Positions 1-18,118 of a DNA stretch of 62,194 nt are shown piece by piece. How positions within the stretch are numbered: the stretch's first letter is position 1; each line of letters begins with the position of its first letter. The translations under genes were made by a program, and so were the position numbers. Where the stretch lies: NCBI GenBank assembly GCA_048213135.1, contig PS015044.1:1-62194 (forward strand), in the 5' to 3' direction. The notes under the pieces were generated by a model that saw only the letters and a list, made by a program, of their open reading frames with translations, made no database searches and was not told the DNA's origin. Origin of the DNA: Reclinomonas americana ATCC 50394. Its lineage: Eukaryota.

Positions 1-1130
1 CTCCCGTCGCCCTCATCAAGTGAGACATCGCCACACAGAACCCTCACAAAACAAGCACCAGACAAGCACAGAAAGAGACCAGCTTTCCCTCTCGCACAAC
101 TCAACAAACACCAAAACAAGATCAATAAACAAGCTCGTGAAACAAGAAGAAAAGCACAATAGAACGAGACCACTCTTCGCCCTCACTTGCGAGAGATCGC
201 CACACACACACATACACACACACACACACAAACTCCAGAAAACGCCCCCCAAACACCACTGAAAAGACAACAACCAAACGATATCGAGAACACAATCATC
301 ACTCTCTTTTCATCACAAACACACACAAAGAGAGAGTGTGCGNNNNNNNNNNNNNNNNNNNNGATCGCCACACAGAACCCTCACAAAACAAGCACAAGAC
401 AAGCACAGAAAGACCTGCCTTCTCTCAACGAACACCATACCAAGATCAATGAAAAGCTCATGAAACACGACAACAAGCACAACAGAGCGAGATCTCCCGT
501 CACCCTCACCGAAAAAACGACCGCCACACAACTCACAGAGAGAGAGAGAGAGAACGAGAGAATCTCTCACAAACAAGAGCCAGGCAAGACCAGCCTCCTC
601 TCTGACAAACACTACCAAAAGATCAATGAAAAGCTCACGAAACACGACAATAAGCACAACAGAGCGAGATNNNNNNNNNNNNNNNNNNNNNNNNNNNNNN
701 NNNNNNNNNNNNNNNNNNNNNNNNNNNNNNNNNNNNNNNNNTCTCAGTTGGTGAGGGCGACGAGAGATCTCGCTCTGTTGTGCTTTTCTTCTTGTTTCAT
801 GAGCTTCTTTATTGATCTTTTGGTAGTTTTTGCTCTTGGGTTGCCACTCGGTGAGGCAGATTTCGTTCTGTGATGGTTTTCATCCTGTCTGGTGTTTGTT
901 CGAGAGATGCTGTGTGGCGATCTCACTGTTGTGAGGCCGTTCTCTGACGCCTTTCGTCGGCTTTCATTGTTTTGTTGTGGTGTTTGTTCGTCGGTTGTGA
1001 GAGAGAAGGCTGGTCTTTGTGTGCTGGTTGCGAGAGGATTCTGTGTTCTGATCTCTCACTTGGTAAGGGCGAAGGGTGATCTCGTTCTCTGCGTGATTGT
1101 GAGGGATTCTGTGTGGCAATCTGTGCTTTG
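1..1130. repeat. Degenerate satellite/dispersed repeat (GAGATCGCCACACAGAACCCTCACAAAACAAGCAC-like units); 742-1130 is in opposite orientation to 1-670
   Basis: Near-identical units at about 22-120, 363-500 and 600-670. Reverse-complement copies follow the 671-741 gap. The ORFs here are low-complexity. Confidence 0.7.
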
Positions 1131-1393
1131 CACCAATCACTTAATGTTCGAGGTCTCGCTCTGTGGCGGTTTCGTTTCACTCTCTCTCTCTCCCCTCACT
1201 CTCCCTCTCTATGCGTCTTGTGAGCCGATTGTGAGGGTCAGTGGTGTTTGTCGTCGAGGTCCCTGATAGTCTGTGCGCGCTCCTATGTGTCTCACTATCA
1301 GACTCGAGAGTGAAGAGTTGTTTCTCACACATTGTTCCCTCTCTCCCCTCCCCTTTCCCTTTCAATCGCCTCCCCTTCCCCTGCCCCCTCCAG

Positions 1394-2500
1394 CCATCGA
1401 CCTCCACTCGGACTTTTTCGGTCCATGCACCACCGTCGAGCACGTGTGGGCCTTCTTGTATCGCGAATACGACTGCATGGAGCGCCCAGTGCACTTTTTG
1501 CGCGTTGCGTTGCCTCGACCCTTGTTCTTCTTTTCTTTTTCTTCGCCCTAACCTCCCACTGCAGTTGAACGCCGACAAGGTCATCGACTCGCTGCAGAAC
1601 CCGGGCCAGTACAGCGCCTCGCGCCCTGGCACCACCAAGCCCGCTTTCCGTCGCACCAGTGTGGCCGTGGGTGCGTTTCATCTCCTCTCCTTTCCTTTCT
1701 CTCTCTCATCACTCACGACTTGCGTACAGAGGCCGTGCCTGACGCCAACGCACCCGTCGATCTGCGCACGCTGTCGCAGCCACTGCGCGACATGCTGCCG
1801 CACATTGAGGAGGCGGCGAGCAAGTCGCGCCCCATCTTCTTGTTTGTGAAGAATGGACGCGTTTTCCGCAAGGTGTACGGCCCGCTGATGGACGACATCA
1901 AGAAGGCGTTCCGCGAGACCATTGACGTGGAGGACACGGACGCGGTGCTGGAGAGCCTGGTCGTCGGGCGAGTTGCGTTGGGTCGATGTGGCAGGCGCGG
2001 CATCTCACGAGGTTGCTGACATGCGTGTGCAATGGCACAGAACATGGACGAGAATGCCATCAAGAAGATGCTGTCGTTCCAGCTGAGCAGTGTGATCGAC
2101 ATGGGTGAGCGGCGAATCGATAGCCATCTCCTTTTTGTCCCTCACCGCCGTCCTCATCCCCGTCGGCCCAGGCATTCCCTCGGATGCCACGGTCTACACT
2201 CTCATGCTGTGGAACGAGTCGTCGAGATGTGTGACGTTCTGCTGCAAGCCGAGTTCGCGTGAGCACATTCTGGTGCGACCGGATTGCGCGTACCTGCGAC
2301 CGGGAGAGACGTACAAGATTAGCATTGGTGTCAAGGAGGCGCACCACGTGATGGCCAAGGACACGGTGGGGTTGATTGCGCGGTTCGTCGACGAGTCGGT
2401 GATGCACACGGATGCGAGGAAATTGGTGAGTTGAAGAGGAGAAGGCTAAGGGGAAGGGACACGAAGGGAGAGAGAGGAAGAGAGAGAGAGAGAGAGAGGA

Positions 2501-2546
<46 letters not shown>

Positions 2547-2727
2547 CGGTGTAGAGAGAGAGAGAGACGAGACTAGTAGTAGTAGAGTAGAGAGACGACG
2601 ACGTCGTACGTACGAGAGACGACGACGACGTACGACGTACCNNNNNNNNNNNNNNNNNNNNGGTCGGTAACGTACGGTACGGGTACCGGTACGGTAACGG
2701 ACGGTACGGAGGACGGAGGAGGAAGAG

Positions 2728-2774
<47 letters not shown>

Positions 2775-4715
2775 ATCTGTTCATCTTCTCCCCCCTTCTC
2801 CATTTCCCTCATCCTGTGTTTCTTTTCCCCGGTGTGCAGTGGAAGGGCCAAATCCCCGACGAGATCGAGCTGTTCCAGTTCACTCTCGAGCTCGCCTACG
2901 TGGACTTCCCGTCGGCCGTTCGCATCCGCGCCGACGGCGAAATGTCACTGATGGAGGGCTACGGCCCCGACTCATTCGACAATGTCATTGAGCCTCCAGC
3001 GGAGACCGATCTGCGCAAGAAGATTGAGAGCATTTCGGCGGCGGCCTCGTCGGCGGCCAGCACACTGCCATCGGCTCGAGTTTTGTAGGGGATGGGAGTT
3101 GCAGAAGAAGAGAAGGAGAGAAAGTGTGGTCGCAGGAGAATTCATCGTCTCTTGTCGTTCCTACTTTTTCTCAGTTTCTTCTTTATCTGCCTCGCTGCTC
3201 TCTTCCTCTCCTTTCTCCCTTCTCTCTTTCTGTACTTCTACTTTATCTTCTCCCTTCTTGGTTCCAGTCTGCCTTCACCCTTGTCGATTAGTTGTCGTCA
3301 TCATCGTTGTCGTTGCTCTTTATCTCTACATCCTTGTTCATCTCCTTGTCCCTCTTCGCCTTCGTCTTTCTTCTCCTCATCTGTCGTCACATTCGTGTTT
3401 CTTGCTGTCGTTGCTTTGAGTCTCTCTTCTTGTTCTTCTCCTCATCCTGTTGTTGTTGATCGCAGTCTCTTGCTTCTCTTTCCTCGTCATCCGTCTGTAC
3501 TTTTGTCTATCTTGGTATTGTTGCTTACGTTCCTGCCCGTCTGCCATTTTTTGTCGTTGTTCGCGTCTCTTCCTCCGTCGTCACATTCGCCATTTACTTG
3601 TTGTAGTTATTCTCTTTGTCTCGTTCTTCTTGTGCATCTCCTACCATTCATCGTTTCTTGGTATTCTTGATGTTGTCGTTGCTCGCAGTTTTTTCTTCTT
3701 GTGCATCTGCCCATGCGTCTTCGCCACCGTCGTTTAGTTGGTGTTGCTCAGTCTCTTTCTTTTTGTGCGTCTCCTCATTTGTCTTCACCTAAGCCTTGTT
3801 CTTGCTGCTGTTGTTCTTATCCGCTTGTTGTTGTTGATCATGGTTTCGTCTCCTAATCCGTCTTCACACCCTTCGCCTTCTTCTTGCTGTTGTCGTTGCT
3901 CTATTCATATCCGCTTTCATTGGCGTAGCCTTCTTTTTGTTGTTGATCTTGGTGCCTTGTTGCTAATCCCTCATCCGCCTTCACGCCTTCTTTGTTTCTT
4001 GCTGTTGTTGTTGCTCTCAGTCTCGTTCTTCTTGTGCGTATCCTCACCCGCCTTCACTTTCGCTGTTTCTTGTTGTTGTTCCCCTTCTCCTCTCCCTCTC
4101 CCCTCCCCCTCCCCCTCCCCCTATTCCCCCCTCCCCCCTTTTCCCCTCCCTCCCTTCCCCTTCTCTTCCCCTTTTCCTTACCTCCCTCCCATCAGCGCGA
4201 CTCCCAGCACGCCGAGCACGCAGCAGCGGCGGCGGAGGCAGCCGAGGACCCACTGGACGTGTCGGGCGTCGACGAGGACGGCGCTGCGGGGTGAGGCGCA
4301 CTGTCGCCACTTTCCTTTCTTCCCCTGTCCCGACAATAACATTCTCGCAGACCCAGTGGATCTGGTGGTGTTGACGCGGGTGGCGATGAAGCCGCGGAAG
4401 ACTCTGCGGCCGCGGCCGGCGACAGTGAGGAGGACGCTGCCGCTGCGGCTTCGGCTGCAGCGGATCACACTCCGAAAAAGACCAACTATGCTGATCCCAC
4501 ACTGGCCAGTGTCGCTCGCGCTGCCACACCGCCGCATTCGCCGTCGGCTGCAGCACTCGAAAAGGTGCGTGTGTGTGCCACGAGAGCAAGCAGTTCATCT
4601 CCCGCACTCCCCTCATTCACTCCTCACGCAGCACACGAGCAAGTCGAGTGTGGGTGGTGCGGCAGCGGCACCAGCCGCGGATGGCGAGGAGAGTGCCGTT
4701 GGTTCCAGCGAATAA
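1394..4715 (+). CDS. Thioredoxin-like domain + MSP (major sperm protein/VAP-like) domain + acidic Ala-rich tail; 5' end uncertain (possible small exons near 1144-1316)
   Basis: Phase-consistent exons 1394-1503, 1565-1670, 1730-1971, 2041-2104, 2172-2425, 2840-3079, 4196-4290, 4351-4564, 4632-4715 (TAA). IDLHSDFFGPC...HFLRLNAD...RPIFLFVKNGRV resembles the thioredoxin fold. TLMLWNESSRCVTFCCKPSSREHILVRPDCAYLRPGETYKISI resembles MSP. Confidence 0.7.
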
Positions 4716-4842
4716 GCACCCTTGTTTTTCCCCTTGTTCAAGTTGTCGATATTTTTCCCTCCTCACCCCCAATTGTTTGAGTGGCAATGCCTGTGATAGT
4801 CTCTCTTTCTCCCCCCTCCTTTNNNNNNNNNNNNNNNNNNNN

Positions 4843-6230
4843 CTGTCCTACTCTGTGTGTCATGGTCTTCTCTGTATGATGTCTTCTCTGCGCTCTTGAC
4901 CTCTGTACGTGCCACTTCTGTGCGCGCCACTTATGTGTGTGCCATTTCTGTGTCTGTGCCTGCTGTGCGTTTGCCTTTTGCTTGATCTTCTCAGTGCTTT
5001 GCCCTCTCTGTGATTCTTACTTATCTGTGCTTTTGACTTCTCTATGCTTCTGAACTTTCTCAGTGTGTCTGTCTTCCGCGCTTCTTCATCTTCTGTGTTG
5101 TTGAGCTTTCTCTGTTCTTGATCGTTCCTGAGTTTCTTTCTTGATTTCTCTGTGCTTCTTGAGCATCTCTGCGTTCTCGACCTTCTTTGTGTGCCATCTC
5201 TGTGTGTTTGCCTTCTGTGTGTTTCCCTTCTCTGTGCTTCCTGACTATCTCAGTGTTTTTGCCTTCTGTATCTCATGATCTTCTCTGTGTTGAGCTTTCT
5301 GTGTTCTTGATCTTTCCGTGCCGCATGACTTCTGTGCTTCTTGAGCTTCGGTGCATCTCGACGGTCTGTGTTATTGAGCTTCTTTCTGCTTTTGTCTTCT
5401 CTGTGCTCCTGCCCTTCTCTGTGTTTCTTGGCCTTATGCGTTTGTCTTCTCTGCGCTTCTCTGTGTTTCTTGGCCTTCTCTCTGTTTCACTTCTCTGTGC
5501 TCTTGCCGTTGTCTGTGTTCTTGACTTCTGTGTTTGTCTTCTCTGTGTGTGCCATTTCTGTGTTTGCCATCTCTGTGTTTGCCTTCTGTGCGTTTGCCTC
5601 TGTGTTTCTTGCTGCTGTGCCCTCGACCCTCTCTGTGTTGTTGACAAACTTCCTGACCTTCTCTGCATTTGTCTGTGTTCTTGCCTTTGTGTTTCGTGAC
5701 ATTCTCTGTGATTCTCGACTTCTCTGTGCTCTTGGCCTTCTCTGCTTCTGTGTGCGCCATCTCTCTGTTCCGTGAACTTCTGTACTCTCAACGTTTTCTG
5801 CTCCTTGCCCTTCTCTGTGTTTGTTGCCTTTCTGCGTTTCTTGCCTTCTCTGTGTCTGTGCTTCTTGCCCTTCTCTGTGTTCCGTGAACTTCTGTGTTCA
5901 TGGCCTATTGATCTTCTGTGATTCTTGCCTTTCTGCGTTGTTTATCTTCGCTGTGCTCTTGAGCTTCTACATTTCTAACCTTGTGTGTGTTGTTGCCCTT
6001 CTCTGTGTTCTTGTCCTTCTCTGCGTTCTAGATGTTCTGTGTTTCTCGCCCTTCTCTGTGCTTTTCTGTCTTCCTGTCCTCTCGTGCTTCTTGCCCTAAG
6101 ACCTTCTCTGTGGTCTTGAGCTTGTGTCATGTCCTTTTCTGTGTTTCTTGTCCTTCTCTGTGTTTCTTGACCTTTTGCATTCCTGCCCTTCTCTGCGTCT
6201 CTCACTCCCTGGTCGATCTCTCTCTCTCTC
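4843..6230. repeat. Degenerate (TTCTCTGTG)-type satellite
   Basis: Dozens of CTTCTCTGTG/TTCTTG variants; source of spurious C/V/L- and T/E/K-rich ORFs. Confidence 0.85.
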
Positions 6231-6295
6231 TCTCCCTCTCCCTCTCCCTCTCCCTCAACCCCCCCTCCCTCCCCCTCTCTTTGTGCCAACTCACC

Positions 6296-11105
<4,810 letters not shown>

Positions 11106-11582
11106 TTATCGTTGTTGATGGTGATCGTGAAAGCGCGTGCCAGGACAACCGGCCAAATCGGACACACAACTTCGGGTTCAGTGCTGCTGCTATGAGCGGA
11201 TGCTGCGGCTAATGGCTGTGCATATATCCAGCAATGGCGGAGAGAAAGTCGAGAACAGAACCGCAACATTACAGCTGCTGCGTGTGCATTTCCATCGAAG
11301 TCGACCGTAAAAATTGCAGGTCACTCTGAAATGCAGTTCACGTTGCTCCATGAAAACGGGACCCTTCTGTGAACGAAAAAGAAAAAGCGACTGTTCGTTG
11401 TCGTCGCTTCCGTTCACTGCAATCACAGAGACAATTGTTTTCCACGAATTATAAAGCAGTTTTTCACANNNNNNNNNNNNNNNNNNNNNNNNNNNNNNNN
11501 NNNNNNNNNNNNNNNNNNNNNNNNNNNNNNNNNNNNNNNNNNNNNNNNNNNNNNNNNNNNNNNNNNNTCTGCGATCGCACAT

Positions 11583-11645
11583 GGCACATCGAATTCGGGA
11601 AAAGGCCATAGCCAGGCAAACAAAGCAAAGCCGGGTCCGGATCCG
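11583..11645. repeat. Short dispersed repeat, copy 1 (copy 2 at 18119-18181)
   Basis: GGCACATCGAATTCGGGAAAAGG-CAT-AGCCAGGCAAAC-AAGCAAAG-CGGGTCCG-ATCCG is shared with few differences. Confidence 0.8.
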
Positions 11646-12072
11646 TGAAGCAGGCAAAGCAAGGCAGTGGAGGCGTCGTGGTTGGTGGCGAGGAACAACT
11701 CAACTAATCCAACCAGCTATACAACGCCATCTTAGGAGAGCACCAGAGATGGAGGCAAATGAAACGGAATAAGAAAAAGAGTCGAAATGCGGAATACTGG
11801 TGCCGGTATTTCTGCCAGAGAACCACGCTCGCGACAAGAGTGGATGTGGCTAATGGCTCTGGGTACAGCCAGCGATGGGTTGGGGGTGGGGAGTCGAGAC
11901 CAGAAGCCCTTGACCAACAACAAACACCAATCATGAGGGCTGTGGAAAGTTTTCTTGTGGTTTTGTTGTCTGCTGTTGTAGACTTCCCTCAAAATCACAG
12001 CTGAGTTTTTACTTCCGACATCCCTCAAGAAGAAAAAGCACTTCAGCGCTGCTCTGCTCTTTTGCAAGCTCC

Positions 12073-13715
12073 TCAGAACGTCGCCGAGTAGATCGAGCCC
12101 GGAGCACCACCACCAATCACGCGAATGCCGTCGGCGCTCGTCGCCAGGCCGTTCCAGAACATGGTCGGCGAGCCGGTGCGCTCCTGCCACGTCACGCCAC
12201 CATCCTGCGACACGTACAGGTGGCCGCTGACCGTGCCCGCGTACATCTCCATGCCGCTGGCGCTGACGGCCACTGCGCGCCATCCACGCACCGCCTCGCG
12301 AGCCGTCCACGTGATGCCGGAGTCGTCCGACGTGTACAGGCGGCCATTGGAGGTCGACAGGAGCACGCGAGTGCCGTCGTCGCTGCAGCCAGCGTCGTAG
12401 TAGTCCATCGGCGTGTTGGTGCGCTTCGTCCACGTGACACCATAGTCGAACGAGGTGTACACGTAGCCGGTGGTCTCGACCAAAAACATCTTCGAGCCGT
12501 CGGCCGAGATGGTGCTGGCGATCGGCGTCGAGGCCGAGCCGCGCGACACCCACGTGGCGCCACCGTCGCTCGACACGAACACAGGGGCGTGGTCCGAGAC
12601 CGCCATCAAGTACTTGCCCGCAGCATCCGACGACGCCGCGAGGTAGTTGCGCTCCGCATCGGTGAGCTTGGGCACAAAGGTCGCACCAGAGTCCTTCGAC
12701 ACGTAGATGCGCTTGTCGTCGACCAGCACCACGGTGGTGCCATCGGCGTTGGTCGCCAGCCACCCGTAGTTGTGGACGCCAGCCGACGCCAGCAGCGACC
12801 ATGTCTTGCCGTAGTCGGTTGACTTGAACGCCTGGCCCGTGCCCGCCGGGTCAGCGCCAATGGCGGCGGTGGCGTACACGATAGACAGGTCGGCGCTGCC
12901 CTTGATGCCGTAGTAGTAGTTGACCGTGCCGCTGATCTCCTTGAAGGCGGTAGCCGTCGGGTACGGCGACACGCTGCAGGCGTCACCGAAGCGGTTCTTC
13001 CACGTGCCGCACAGGTTGTTGCTCAGCACGTTGCAGTTGAAGTGGCACACGCACGCGCCGTTCTGGCAGTTGCCGTGCGCACCGCAGCGAGTGTCGTTGC
13101 CGTTGTTGTCGGCCACGCAGGCCACTGGCGACGGGTCGAACACGGTGCTGCAGTCGGCACCGGTCCAGCCCTTGGCGCACACGCACGTGCCGGCGGCGTT
13201 GCAGCGACCGCGGCCCTTGCATGTGGTCTCGTCAGAGCACGCCGGTGGCGGCGGCGGCGGCGGCGGCACCTTGCACGAGGCACCAGTGTAGCCGTCGGTG
13301 CACACACACGCGCCGCTGGCGTCGCACGTGCCGTGGTTGTTGCAGGTGACGTACGGGTGGCTGTTTGTATCAAGTTAGATATACTCAAAAAAACAAAGTG
13401 GAGGGGGGTCGGCCGGAGAAACTCACCAGGTGCAGAAGGGACCGGCCCATGTGGCGCACACGTTGACGCCGCTGGAGGCGGTGTAGCAGTTGAAGTTGCA
13501 GGTGCAGGTGCCAGAGGAGCAGTATCCGTAGGGGTTGCAGGCGCCCACGTTCGACGCGCAGTTGCCGCCTAACAAATGCATACCACCATGAGCGCCACAC
13601 ATCATGCAGCCCGTTTCAATGCGTGACGCGATCGGCACGTACCACCAGCATGAGCCACCGAGGCAATGGCGACGAGCACCACCAGAGCAAAGAGTGCAAG
13701 ATTCATCGACGTCAT
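12073..13715 (-). CDS. Secreted protein: signal peptide, about 4 EGF-like (tenascin-type) repeats, poly-Pro linker, Asp-box/BNR beta-propeller
   Basis: Exons 13715-13643, 13568-13427, 13360-12073 with phase-matching G|GTACGT and G|GTGAGT introns. Signal peptide MTSMNLALFALVVLVAIASVAHA. CxxxGxCxxxGxCxCxxG(Y/W)xGxxC repeats. Six SxDxGxT(W/F) Asp boxes. Confidence 0.85.
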
Positions 13716-13997
13716 GGTCTGCGCTCTCCGAGATAGAAGAAAAAAGGAATAAGACACGGGAAACTCGCGGTCCGAACACTCCCACCATTTTTGGGTTCAC
13801 TCACCATTCTCGGGATTTTGGACTGGCTTTCCATAATTGACGGCGGCGACAAGTCGGATTCGTCTTGCCCGAGAGTGTGCGTGTTTCTCCCCACATCACA
13901 GCGCATGCAGGTCGAGAAAAGAAAGATGTCGTCGAACGATACTGCTGCAGCCGCGCCGGCTCCGGTTTGCTAAAGTGTATGTTAAAGAATCTCCTGG

Positions 13998-14950
13998 CAG
14001 TCGCTGCAGCAACACAAATGCTGGAGAGTGCTACATGCATGCCACAGCAGGGTTGCGCTGCGTGTGCGCACACAAACACACATACACTTAGGAGAGATGA
14101 TGTTTTTCCGATATCTGAATATCGAAGTCGCTGCAGCACTCCAAACCTTGCAAGGCGCCTTGCCGTCTCCGCCACGCGCGGAGGTATGAGAGAGGCGAGC
14201 GAGTCACGAGTGAGCGTGCTCGATCCATGTAACAGTGCTGCGTGAGCTGTGTGCTGTTTGTTGCCCCCTCCTTCCAAATCCGTCGATCATGCTTGAACAC
14301 AACGGTGGGGAGCGTGTTCCCGCTGAGGAACGGGCTCGATGCACCGAGAGCCTGTGCGCACCTGCGGGGAGAGAGAAAGAGAGTGAGAAGACAGAGAGAG
14401 CGACAATGTACGATTAGCATGCACAAACCTGACTGCTCTACTTGAAAGAGAGGGAGGGAATGGAGAGGAAAGCAGCATGTAAGCACAGTTGTTGGCATCT
14501 GTGGGAGACGGGGGCAACGCAACTGGGAGACATTTGGTGGAGAAGCTAACGTCGTGCGATACGGCCTGACAGTCGCTGCAGCAACCCAAATGCTGGAGAG
14601 TGCCACTTGCTTGCCATAGTAGTGATGCCCTGCAAGCACACACAAACACCACATACGCATGCATGGGAGCGATGTTTTTCCGATATCTGAATATCGAAAA
14701 GAACAAGTCGCACTGCAGCTCTGTGTACCTTGCAAAGCGGCTTGCACGCGCGGGATTATGAGAGAGGTGAGTGAGCCACGCGTGAACGTGCTCGATCAAG
14801 GTAACAGTACTGCGTGAGCTGCGTTCCGACCGCCTTCCAAATCCGGCGATCATGCATGCACGCAGCAGTGCGTGTTCCGCGAAGGAATGAGCTCGACGCA
14901 CCGAGAGGCTGTGCGCAACAACGGAGGGAGAGAAAGAGAGTGAGACAAAG
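13998..14950. repeat. Diverged tandem duplication of about 400 bp (about 13998-14400 and 14570-14950)
   Basis: Shared CAGTCGCTGCAGCAAC-CAAATGCTGGAGAGTGC, GATGTTTTTCCGATATCTGAATATCGAA and GAGAGAAAGAGAGTGAGA blocks in the same order. Confidence 0.85.
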
Positions 14951-15701
14951 AGGCAGAGAGATAGAGAGAGAGGGTGAGTGCAAATACCTGCCTGTGGGAG
15001 GGTGGGAGGGAGTGGAGAGAAAAGTAGTACACGGTGAGGAGAAGCGCGGATGAGAGTGACGGGCGTGCGCGTGTGCGTATGTATGTGTGTGTGTGTTGAG
15101 GGTTCAAAGAAACGGGAGAACGATCGTGTACAGATATGGTAAAATGAGGTCGGGGTGTCAGACGCGCACACGCAAACGCAGGAATGCGTGTCTGCGAGCG
15201 AGAGAGAACTGGAGAGAAGCGGAGAGAGGACGAGGTGTAAGCGGACGAGGAGAGCGGACGCGGTAGTGGCGGACGCGGTAGTGGCGGCAGCACTCAAGAG
15301 CAGACAATATACGGACGTGCACGGAGTTAAAGAGAGAGAGAGAGAGAGACTGACTTGGGAACACGACGTGAAGCCCGCAAGAATGAGAGTCAAAACTGTC
15401 GCTGTGAAGACACCCAACAGCGAGAAGGAGCGCATAGCACACAACGAGACACGAGACATGCAAAAACAGCACTGTAGCATATAAATATGTTGATGGTGTA
15501 TGGATACGGTCATGAACTGGCCAGACGCTGCGCGCACACGCGGACGAGTGTGCAACAGTGACGCAGCTAGAATGGGAGGAGACACGAGGAGGAGGTGCTG
15601 TGGGAGTGGACGCGCAAAGTGGAGATGTGCGTGGACACTCGGGTGGAAAAACATATAGATTCTTGCAGGTGGAGACAGAGAGAGAGGGAGGGAGACAGGG
15701 C

Positions 15702-15747
<46 letters not shown>

Positions 15748-16691
15748 TGCAGAGGGTGGGATGGAGAGTGTGTTGTGCCACAATCAGAGTGCACAGAGAG
15801 CAGGGGACAGAACGGAAAGCACGACGAGGCGTGTGTGGATTGACTGACCGGAGATCACGACGTGCGCATGCAGGGACAAGACGGGCAGTTGCTGTGCAGA
15901 CACCAGCCACAGGAAGGGACACATACAAGGAGAAACGAGACATCCTGTATTTCAAATGAGAACAACGGGTTCTGCAGCTCTTGTCTTCCCCGAGGGCACC
16001 AGCAGTTACAAGAGTAATTTCACACACAGGCCTAAGACGACGAGAGACAAACAACGCGAGAACAACAATGCCCTTGCTCACGAGAAACAGCCAACTCTAC
16101 TGGCGCAGAGAGGACGATCATTCCCACCACTCACAAGTCTACAACACACGCGACCAAGGTGATAAGCCACTGCACTCAACTCACTTGCTCAACCACTCAC
16201 ACTCTAATCTCCTCCCTCACCATTTCTCTCAGTCTCTCCCTCTCCCTCAATCACCTGTCACATAGTCTCCTCTCCGCAAATGTACGATCACCACTCGCGT
16301 TCCTCCTCCTGTTTCGTCACAGACATCCTCCCCTTCGCTGATCAGTGACACCGGATCACCGACAAGCAGAAAGCGACTGGCGTGTGGTATCAGCGGCGGC
16401 CTGACGAAACTCAATCATCCCCCCGTCACGCACACCCTCCCATTCACTGATGCAGTAGTGGTAGCAGCAGAACCGGTACCAGATCACTGGCGAGACGAGT
16501 TCGAGGCCAGCGATGATGCACCACATCGTAGTCTATAGAAGTAGTGAATGACTGAGTGTTCCAATCCCTCTCCTCCTTCTCCTCTCTCTCTTCCCCTACC
16601 TACTCTCTCTCTCTCTCTCTCTCTCCCTCTCCCTCTCTCTCAATCACCTACAGCGTCATCAGCGGCTTGCTGTCGAAACCCGACCAGCGTC

Positions 16692-17791
16692 TCACAGCAG
16701 CAACCCGGCATCCGCGCAGCTCCGGTACAACACCACCTCCGCCTCCTCGACGAGAAAGCAGCGCAGCGCCATCTCCGGCAGCCATCGAGAATCAACCATG
16801 TGCTGCATCTCCTGTACAGCCAGCATGGCCGCACGCGCATCGTGGAGCTCTTGCCGAGCGAGGCCACCCACAGTGGACCACACCCGCACAGTCCAGTCTC
16901 GGCTCCCACTCACCACATGGTGACCGTCGCGAGTGACAGCGACAGACGACACTCCGTCACTGTGCTCTTCCAACACTTGCACTTCGTGAGCGCCTCCATT
17001 CGCCATCGCCCACACGCGCACAGTCTGATCCTCGCTCGCGCTCACAGTGTGCCGACCACTGGGGGTCGCGGCGACGGACCACACCCAGTTGTCATGCATT
17101 GCCACTACTCGCACCTCCTCCTCCTCCTTTAGTGGCCACAGTCGTACTGTGCCGTCCAGACCGCCACTCAGGACGTGCTGGCCATCGGGAGACGGCGACA
17201 GTCAGCAGCCAATCAGTGTGGCCTTCGAACTGCCGCACAACGTCTCCACTCGCCAGCGACCACACGCGCACGGTCTTGTCCATGCTCCCACTCACGACGA
17301 ATAGACCATCGCACGTGACAGCAACGCACTGCACGGTCTCGCTGTGTCCCTCCAATCGCCGCACCTGTCTTCCACTCTCCACAGACCACACTCTCACAGT
17401 CTTGTCCAGACTTCCACTCACGACGAGCTCGCCACTGGGAGTGACGGCGACAGACGACACTCCGTCTGTGTGGCCATCCAGACGTCGCATCTCCTCTCCG
17501 CTCTCCAGCGACCACACACGCAGCGTCGTGTCGTGACTCCCACTCACCGTGTGGTGCCCATCGGGGGTGACAGCGACAGACGACACTGTGCGAGTGTGTC
17601 CCTGCAACCGCCACACTTCTCCTCCTCCACTCGCGAGGGACCACACTCGCACGGTCTTGTCATCGCTTCCGCTGACGATCAGCTCGCCAGTGGGAGTGAT
17701 GGTGACGCAGCGCACGTAACCCGTGTGTCCGCAGAGGCATTTGGAGGGGAGGAGGAGGAGGGAGGGGGGTGGGGGAGGGAGGGGGTGACAT
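16692..17791 (-). pseudogene. WD40-repeat gene with frameshifts (pseudogene or sequencing error)
   Basis: About 7 GH...V.SVAVTPDG..VSGS.D.TVRVW repeats split over ORFs 17092-17715 and 16692-17114. The frame break lies near 17188-17192 (GTC T CCC GAT, 2 nt short of V-S-P-D). The nearest upstream ATG (17791) is out of frame across poly-C runs. Confidence 0.7.
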
Positions 17792-18118
17792 GATGCGTGC
17801 TTGGGTGAGACAAAGATAAATAAGAGATTTTGTGTGGGACATATTCGACTACAATGCTACAGTACATACATGTATGCATTCACCAACAAACAAGCAACAG
17901 CTGTCTTGATGACCAACCACCATATCCAAAACATCAATACAAACACCAGTCTTGAGGACAGCAGCAGGTTGTTGCGTGTCTGCGTTCAAATTCGCTCTCG
18001 GAGCTTCGAACAAGTCGCGATCGAGAACTGCAGTCGACGTCTTCACTGCACAAACCGTGGTTGAACAGTGGATTTGACGCACTTGCATAGACGCATAGCG
18101 TTTTCTGCAACCGTACGC

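Noticed and set aside
2575-2720. GTAC/TACG/ACG-rich strings at gap edges (also about 9155-9210, 10538-10635, 42850-43110)
   Set aside because: They occur only where microsatellites run into gaps and cycle through T-A-C-G, as expected for pyrosequencing flow noise, so they are not treated as a biological motif.
3092-4190. Hydrophobic ORFs resembling membrane proteins
   Set aside because: They lie in the T/C-rich intron 3080-4195 of the thioredoxin-MSP gene.
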